A stretch of 64,000 bases of DNA from Candidatus Heimdallarchaeota archaeon (lineage in GTDB: Archaea; Asgardarchaeota; Heimdallarchaeia; Heimdallarchaeales; Heimdallarchaeaceae), in assembly GCA_016839945.1 (NCBI GenBank), contig JAEOTE010000108.1, positions 1 through 64,000 on the forward strand, given 5' to 3'. Made by a program: the position numbers and the translations under genes. The notes below the pieces were generated by a model. It did no database searches and was not told the DNA's origin. It saw only the letters and a list, made by a program, of their open reading frames with translations. Positions 57,867 to 64,000 of the stretch are shown piece after piece. Positions within the stretch are counted from its first letter, which is position 1; every line of letters begins with the position of its first letter.

Positions 57867-59114
57867 TTAGGTTTTATATTCAAGAATTTTTTCTGTCTTA
57901 ACTTTTTTTGAGCTAGGTATAGATTTAAGGGTTTCAAAGGGTTTTTCAATTATTGCTTTTTTATCCTTTGTAGAATAGTATCTTCCTCTCCAATTAACTT
58001 TCTTACCTCTTAATCCAGTAATTATTGCTGCTCCAATAACTATGAAGTTTAGAATTTGTGTTATTGGGAAGAACAAATAATAATACCATTTTGTGTCCCC
58101 TCTTTTTATCCAGTATAGATATACTGCTAAAGCATATGCAAGGTAAAGCCCTACATTTACAAATATCCCAATTGTGTAATCGAACCACATCCAACTTGGT
58201 CTGAATATAAAGGATTGAATAAGAAAGTATGGTGCAAAGAGGAAGTATATTAACCAGAAGATTACAAACATTATTCTCCAAGGTGCGAGTGTAATTAAGC
58301 CACCCCAAATACTTCTCCTAAATGCCCTATAGAATTGTGAGAAACCTTCAGGGTACATTCTTGTTTTAACAATTTTTACTCCATCTATGAAGCTAAGTTT
58401 TAGTTCTTTTTCTTTACATAACTTTGCTAAAGCTACATCTTCTACAAGTGAATCACTAACTGCTAAATGCCCTCCCAGTTTAATATACCCTTTGCGAGTA
58501 AACATCATATATTGTCCTGAAGCTAAAAATGCATCTTTGCTATAAGGATTGTTAATTTCATTTCTTGGTCCTCCTGCAAGAAAACTTAAGAAATAGAGAA
58601 AACTTGGAAGAAACTCATGCCATTTGTTTGCTTTTTGATATGGAAATATTGAGAAAAGTACAGATTCGGTACCCAAAAGATGGGAAACTGAAATCTTGAG
58701 AGATTCTGATTGATGAGTAGTATCTGCATCAGTAAATAACAATATTTCTCCTTTCGAGGCTAAGTAACCAACATGACATCCATAAGATTTACCAATCCAA
58801 CCAGTGGGTAGATTTTCATCAATTATAACTTTAACTGGGTATTTTTTAGCAATCTCGATTGTTTTATCCTTTGAACCTCCATCCACCACAATTATTTCTT
58901 TATTTGAATACTCAATAGCAAGAAGACTCTCTAAACAATTTCGAATATTTAGTTCTTCTTCTAAAGTTGGAACAATTATACTCACAGAGGGAAGATCCCT
59001 TTCATCCAATCCTACGAATTGCCAGCCATTCCTGCTATACTGCAGTAGAACAAGAAAATATGCAAAGCATAATATGACTAAAGCAATATAGATAGACTCT
59101 AAAACAAATCCCAT
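57867..59114 (-). CDS. Membrane-bound glycosyltransferase family 2 (CrtQ/CruC-like)
   Basis: SIIVP..EE, DGGSKD, GWIGK, FTDADT, VEDVALA, RMY, WRGR. ATG 59114 preferred. Confidence 0.88.
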   Translation of the reverse strand: MGFVLESIYIALVILCFAYFLVLLQYSRNGWQFVGLDERDLPSVSIIVPTLEEELNIRNCLESLLAIEYSNKEIIVVDGGSKDKTIEIAKKYPVKVIIDENLPTGWIGKSYGCHVGYLASKGEILLFTDADTTHQSESLKISVSHLLGTESVLFSIFPYQKANKWHEFLPSFLYFLSFLAGGPRNEINNPYSKDAFLASGQYMMFTRKGYIKLGGHLAVSDSLVEDVALAKLCKEKELKLSFIDGVKIVKTRMYPEGFSQFYRAFRRSIWGGLITLAPWRIMFVIFWLIYFLFAPYFLIQSFIFRPSWMWFDYTIGIFVNVGLYLAYALAVYLYWIKRGDTKWYYYLFFPITQILNFIVIGAAIITGLRGKKVNWRGRYYSTKDKKAIIEKPFETLKSIPSSKKVKTEKILEYKT

Positions 59115-59248
59115 TTTATAACTCCATTGTGAGTATTGATTATATGGAGTAATAAGTAATATATATATTTTATGAGTGGAAAACAATGCACTTTTGAATT
59201 TATTTCTTCAGAAGAAATAGAAGTAATTAATAAGAAAAGAAATGAAAA

Positions 59249-60214
59249 TTAAGTTGTTTGAATAGGACCTTCAGGAGTCATGTAAACAGTATGTTCATGC
59301 TGTGAAACATAAGCGTCTGAAGTATCAGATAAAACATGGTATTGATACAAGGCTCCTACTTGGATTAATTCTCTAATTCCCATTTTAGCTTTTGCTGTAC
59401 CCATTGCTTTGTAAATCCATCTTGTTGCTACAGGGAGTCTGTGATAATCCCTTTCCAACAGATATCTTACTTGTTTTGCAGCATCAGTTCTTAATGGAAA
59501 ACGACCTTCTGCTAGTCTAACAATATATAGTTTTGTTCTATCTGCGTGTGATTCTCCGGATCCAGTTGTTGCGAAAGTTTCTATTGCATATGCTTCATCT
59601 TGAAGTATTAGATCTCCTTTTCTACCTCCGACATTTGGAATAGTTTTAGGACCATGAACTCGATAAGGTAACAGAAGATGTCCAGACAGATCTTTCACAG
59701 TTGTATATCCATAACCTTCAATAATACTTTCTATCAAATCTCCAAGTTTACCTGTATATCCTCCAACACGGATTACTTTTGCTGCAGTTTCTGTTGCTTC
59801 TCGACTAGCTTTGATTAAATCAGTATGTACATCGTTAAAAGCAACGGTTAATGCAGTATCTGCAATAAAACCATCGTTTTGAACTCCCACATCGATTTTA
59901 ACTACATCATTTCTTCTAATAATAAGTTCATCTTCCCAGGGAGATGAGTAATGTGCAGCATGATTGTTTATTGCAACATTTAAAGGAAACGCAGGTTTCA
60001 TTCCAGCTTCTTCAATCATTTTATCAGCTGTTTCACACAAAGTAAGTGCTTTTACACCAGGTTTTGCCTTTTCTTTAATATGCTCTCGAATTTTCTTAGC
60101 TACTTCGCCTGCTTTCTTATATTTATCTAAAGGAGTTTCTTCAATTTCTTCCTCTTCAACGGTTTCCTCTGCTTCTTCTTTTTTATCTGCAACCTTTTGT
60201 TTTTCGCTAGCCAT
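59249..60214 (-). CDS. map: Methionine aminopeptidase type II
   Basis: AFP, AAHY, KIDVG, IADTA, SGH, AIETF, QHEHT plus the type II helical insert. Confidence 0.95.
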   Translation of the reverse strand: MASEKQKVADKKEEAEETVEEEEIEETPLDKYKKAGEVAKKIREHIKEKAKPGVKALTLCETADKMIEEAGMKPAFPLNVAINNHAAHYSSPWEDELIIRRNDVVKIDVGVQNDGFIADTALTVAFNDVHTDLIKASREATETAAKVIRVGGYTGKLGDLIESIIEGYGYTTVKDLSGHLLLPYRVHGPKTIPNVGGRKGDLILQDEAYAIETFATTGSGESHADRTKLYIVRLAEGRFPLRTDAAKQVRYLLERDYHRLPVATRWIYKAMGTAKAKMGIRELIQVGALYQYHVLSDTSDAYVSQHEHTVYMTPEGPIQTT

Positions 60215-60338
60215 TATTTTCACCAGAGTTGAAAACTTCTTGTAATTTGTATATTTAACTTTGATGTTTTAACACAATGTACATGCAAAACTTTGAATAC
60301 AAAGGTATATTTAAGAAAATTCCATATTAATATCGAAG

Positions 60339-60602
60339 ATGTCAAAAGGAAAACAAGCTAAAAATCTCAGTTGGCCATCAATACTTTTGTTGATTTTTAT
60401 CATCCTGAAACTTACAAATGTAATCGATTGGTCATGGTTATGGGTCTTATCTCCTTTATGGATTGGAGCAGCTCTTGGACTCCTATTCTTTCTGGTAATT
60501 GGGTTGATACTATTAGCTGCAATTATAGGAATAGTAAGAAAAGAATCAAGAGTAGTGTCTACAATAAGGGGAATGTTTAGAAAACAAGAGCAAGAAAGCT
60601 AA
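60339..60602 (+). CDS. Small membrane protein with TMEM185/Fragile-X-F-like motif
   Basis: LKLTNVIDWSWLWVLSPLW. Confidence 0.7.
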   Translation: MSKGKQAKNLSWPSILLLIFIILKLTNVIDWSWLWVLSPLWIGAALGLLFFLVIGLILLAAIIGIVRKESRVVSTIRGMFRKQEQES

Positions 60603-60700
60603 GATTAGAAACAATATTTACACAAGAAAGCAAAATATTCTTAAACAACGAACTTTTCATTTTTTTAGTTTACTTAAATTAAAAACCAATGTGATTAATT

Positions 60701-62071
60701 ATGGTACTCAACTTACAAGAGATTTTGAATAAAGTCCCTGATTATAAAGAGTTCATGACAGTTGATGAACTTGATGAATCAAGCAGGAAATTAGCAGAAC
60801 AGTATGATAGTGTTGATTTATTAGAAATTGGAAAAAGTGATAAAGGAAGACCAATTTTATGCTTAAAAGTTGGTAATGGAAAGAAAAATGCACTGTTATT
60901 TGCATTCCCACATCCCAATGAACCGATAGGTAGTATGACTGTCGAATATCTATCAAACTATCTTCCAAAGAATCCTAAACTTCTTCAAGAATTGGATTAT
61001 ACATGGTATTTCATAAAAGCTATTGATATTGAAGGTGCAATTCTAAATGAAGGTTGGTTCAAAGGAGATTTTACTCCATTAAAATATGCTCGTAACTACT
61101 ATAGACCTCCTGGTCATGAACAGGTAGAATGGACATTTCCAATTAACTATAAAAAACTCAAATTTGATTCCCCACCACCAGAGACTAAAGCATTAATGAA
61201 AATTATTGATGAAGTAAAACCAAATTTCATGTTTAGTCTTCATAATGCAGGTTTTTGTGGTGTATACTGGTATGTATCACACGATATTAAGGAAATGTAT
61301 CCAGAATTTATTAAACTTGTAGAAGATCAAGATTTACCTATTCATCGTGGAGAACCTGAAACCCCATACATTAAAGAGCTTCATTCTGCAGTCTATAAAA
61401 TGTTTGGAATTCAAGAAGCATATGATTTCTATGAAGAAAACGGAGTTGAAAATCCTCAAGAATTGATAAAAAACGGAACTTCATCAGACGATTACCTTAA
61501 GAGGGTAACTAATAATCAAGGTTATACATTAGTTTGTGAAATGCCATATTTCTACGATAAAGCATTAGATGATGATTCTACATCTGAATATGATAGACGA
61601 GAATTAGTACTAGACAGAATTAACTTCAGCTTAGAGATGTATAAGTATACCAAAAAACGATTTGAACTGATTCGTGAATTTTGCAATCCAAAATCTCGAA
61701 TATTTACATCTCTTGCAGACTATTTCGATAATTTTGAAAAAAGAATAGAACCTCGAATCCATTTTGCTAAAACTTCAGATAAGTATGAAGGTAAAGCAAC
61801 TGTAGCTCAAGCTTTTGATTCGATGGTAGCAAGCCGATATTACAATTCTTTTGGATTAGCAATGACATCAAGATTATGTACAGAAGTAATAAAAACCTAC
61901 CCTGATAAAAGTGAAGAAGTAGCATTTATTAAATCAGAATTAGACTCAAAAGTAGAGAAGATGATTGAAGATGTGTTAAGTAAAACAGTCTTTGAAGTAA
62001 TTCCAATCCAAAAACTCGTAAAAGTTCAAGTTGGATGTGCATTAATTGCAATGAAACATCTAAAGGATTAA
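60701..62071 (+). CDS. M14 zinc carboxypeptidase
   Basis: IGKS..GRPI, HPNE, PET.AL, SLHN, CEMPY. Confidence 0.88.
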   Translation: MVLNLQEILNKVPDYKEFMTVDELDESSRKLAEQYDSVDLLEIGKSDKGRPILCLKVGNGKKNALLFAFPHPNEPIGSMTVEYLSNYLPKNPKLLQELDYTWYFIKAIDIEGAILNEGWFKGDFTPLKYARNYYRPPGHEQVEWTFPINYKKLKFDSPPPETKALMKIIDEVKPNFMFSLHNAGFCGVYWYVSHDIKEMYPEFIKLVEDQDLPIHRGEPETPYIKELHSAVYKMFGIQEAYDFYEENGVENPQELIKNGTSSDDYLKRVTNNQGYTLVCEMPYFYDKALDDDSTSEYDRRELVLDRINFSLEMYKYTKKRFELIREFCNPKSRIFTSLADYFDNFEKRIEPRIHFAKTSDKYEGKATVAQAFDSMVASRYYNSFGLAMTSRLCTEVIKTYPDKSEEVAFIKSELDSKVEKMIEDVLSKTVFEVIPIQKLVKVQVGCALIAMKHLKD

Positions 62072-62078
62072 GTAATTG

Positions 62079-62100
62079 AAAAAAGAAAAAGGAAGAAAAA
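62079..62100 (-). terminator. Putative T-rich terminator of htpX
   Basis: Reverse strand TTTTTCTTCCTTTTTCTTTTTT directly after the stop. Confidence 0.5.
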
Positions 62101-63885
62101 TTAGAAAAATCCTGGAAGTCCTTTGAAAACGCAAACTACTGCAGCAAGGAAGAGTAGGAATACTAAAATCCAACTAGCTATATCTTTGTTTGAACTGAAT
62201 CTTCGACCATCAGGAGTAAACATACGTTTTATCATAACAATTGGTCTAGGAGTACGTCGGTACCAACCTTCAACAGTAACTTGAGAACCTATAAGACGTT
62301 CAACTCGGAATAGTGCAGTGAAGAAGCGCATGAAACCGAATACAGGATTGTAATCTAAAGTTATGATACCAGAAGGATCTTGAAGAACAACATCTTCACT
62401 GAAATAATATCCTGGAGTACCACGACCAATTATAGTTCCTTTAAGATATATTGGTTTTCCTCTGAATGGAGATGCTTCCGCAAAACCATCATCTGACACG
62501 TCTGTTACAGCATTCATGATTGATATGAGTGGAAGATCTTCACCAAGTTTGGGATAACGGACTCGAACTCTCCATATCCAAATCAAAGCAGCTAAACCGA
62601 AACCACCAGCAATACCATACCAATTCCATGCATCAGTACCGAATAGGAAGGTTAGTGCTCCAAGACCAGGAAGGATGAAAATCAATGCAGGTGCAACATA
62701 CATAAGGAAAATGTCTACCAAAAACTCGTCTAATAATGTCTCTTTTATCATGTCAGCTCCTAACATTGGGTATGTTCTTTTCATCCCCATTTCTAGTGAT
62801 AGATCATCTAGAGCTAGCAGTCTTTTTGCAGCTAATGGATGAGTTGATTGCAATTCTAAGAAACTTCCCCATGGATTTTCTAAATCCCAAGCTGCTGCTT
62901 TCACAACCATATCAGGGTCAATGTCCCCAACTTGTGATTGAGCATAAGCAGTCATCACTAATCCTCTAGCAGCTTTTATATCGAAGATATTCAATGATCT
63001 TGATGCGTTAGTAAAACCACTTCTATAGTAAGTTCTAGTTCTTGTTCTTCTGTCTACGTCTTTATTATTAATTGTTTGAGCATCTTGTGCTTGAGTTTGA
63101 ACCATCCCGTATGCAATCTTTACTAATGCTGTTGAAAGACCTTTGGGATTCTTGGTTTGTTCTCCAGAAAATCTATCAGCATAGTATTCTCTGACTCTAC
63201 TTAAGAAGAGTACTAGAAATTGACTTACAATGTAGAAGAAATATGACACAACCATTGTTATAAGAGCAGCTGCGGCAATATATCCCGCTCCTTTATTATC
63301 TCCTCCACCTGAAACAGCACCAGACCTAAGCATTACTCTAGAGAAGAGATAAAAGGTATAGAGAATCATAGGAACTGCGGCAGCTAGAGTCATAAATAAG
63401 AAATCTCTATGAGCTATATGTCCTAATTCATGAGCTACAACGGCTCTTTGTTCATCAGGAGTTAAAAGATTGAGAATACCATCTGATAAGACAATTCGAG
63501 CATTCTTCTTAAAACGACCATATGTTAAAGCTGTTGGCATTTGATCATGTATCATTCCTATTTTCTTAACCGAAATATTATGTAGTTGACTTTGCTCAAC
63601 AATCAATTCAGCTAGATGAGGTGGTAATGACATTGGATCAATCCATGACATTTTATGAAGCCACCTAAAGTTTAAATCTAGTAACCAAGGTGAGATCAAA
63701 AATTGTAGAAAGATAATCCCTAAAGTTATCAAAATTGGTAATAGTATAAAAGATGACATCCCTAAAGCTTGTTGGAAATCTCCGTAAACATACGCAATTG
63801 CTATTGCAGCCATGGATAATCCATAGACCATGCCCCATAGAACAATAAGAGTAAGCATTCCTCTAAAAGCGATTCTTAATTTCAT
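62101..63885 (-). CDS. htpX: M48 (HtpX-like) membrane zinc protease with C-terminal extension
   Basis: AHELGH, SRVREYYAD, ALVKI, STHP...KR; extra TM pair, soluble domain and terminal TM. Confidence 0.88.
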   Translation of the reverse strand: MKLRIAFRGMLTLIVLWGMVYGLSMAAIAIAYVYGDFQQALGMSSFILLPILITLGIIFLQFLISPWLLDLNFRWLHKMSWIDPMSLPPHLAELIVEQSQLHNISVKKIGMIHDQMPTALTYGRFKKNARIVLSDGILNLLTPDEQRAVVAHELGHIAHRDFLFMTLAAAVPMILYTFYLFSRVMLRSGAVSGGGDNKGAGYIAAAALITMVVSYFFYIVSQFLVLFLSRVREYYADRFSGEQTKNPKGLSTALVKIAYGMVQTQAQDAQTINNKDVDRRTRTRTYYRSGFTNASRSLNIFDIKAARGLVMTAYAQSQVGDIDPDMVVKAAAWDLENPWGSFLELQSTHPLAAKRLLALDDLSLEMGMKRTYPMLGADMIKETLLDEFLVDIFLMYVAPALIFILPGLGALTFLFGTDAWNWYGIAGGFGLAALIWIWRVRVRYPKLGEDLPLISIMNAVTDVSDDGFAEASPFRGKPIYLKGTIIGRGTPGYYFSEDVVLQDPSGIITLDYNPVFGFMRFFTALFRVERLIGSQVTVEGWYRRTPRPIVMIKRMFTPDGRRFSSNKDIASWILVFLLFLAAVVCVFKGLPGFF

Positions 63886-64000
63886 AAGTATCAAGATAAA
63901 AACGTCACACTAGTATATATTGCTTTGTTTTAGAATTATACAGAATTATACTAGATGAAGGAAAGGATTCCACTGATTTTTTCAATAGTTTGATAAGATT

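Noticed and set aside
2495-62969. Numerous short (60-160 aa) ORFs antisense to or nested in recognised genes (e.g. 2495-2701, 20751-21092, 23864-24232, 25953-26441, 59964-60245)
   Set aside because: Shadow frames of well-supported genes, with no recognisable motifs or independent start signals.

Overview
Low-GC (roughly 30% by eye), gene-dense archaeal chromosomal segment. Archaeal markers include PolB, geranylgeranyl reductase, PurP, type II MetAP, TATA-like promoters and tRNA-Gly with A73. Longin-like, RING-finger and C1-like Zn-finger proteins suggest an Asgard (Heimdallarchaeia-like) genome; that assignment is inference. The window holds tRNA-Gly(CCC), two MFS transporters, a LarA-family enzyme, a family-B DNA polymerase, amrS-tldD-pmbA, a MacB/FtsX-type ABC system, fixABCX, and a ~19 kb purine plus pyrimidine biosynthesis supercluster (pyrBI, purDFNMELQ-purCS, a PurR-like regulator, 2x purP, guaA, pyrEFCKD). 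It ends with glpK, a GT2, map and several peptidases. No CRISPR array, transposase, integrase or rRNA was seen. The most notable observations are: (1) a PolB with intact polymerase motifs but all three proofreading motifs degenerate; (2) a SufS-like protein lacking the PLP lysine and stacking histidine but keeping the catalytic Cys; (3) an uncalled three-way-junction structured RNA candidate at 55814-55897; (4) a single in-frame TAA in purF inside a 10-bp direct repeat; (5) a PurC-PurS fusion; (6) a 27-bp exact direct repeat flanking an MFS gene next to the tRNA; (7) a headless AlbA-family fragment splitting fixAB from fixCX; (8) an ABC ATPase with a ~390-aa helical N-terminal extension. All protein calls come from motif recognition, not database searches.
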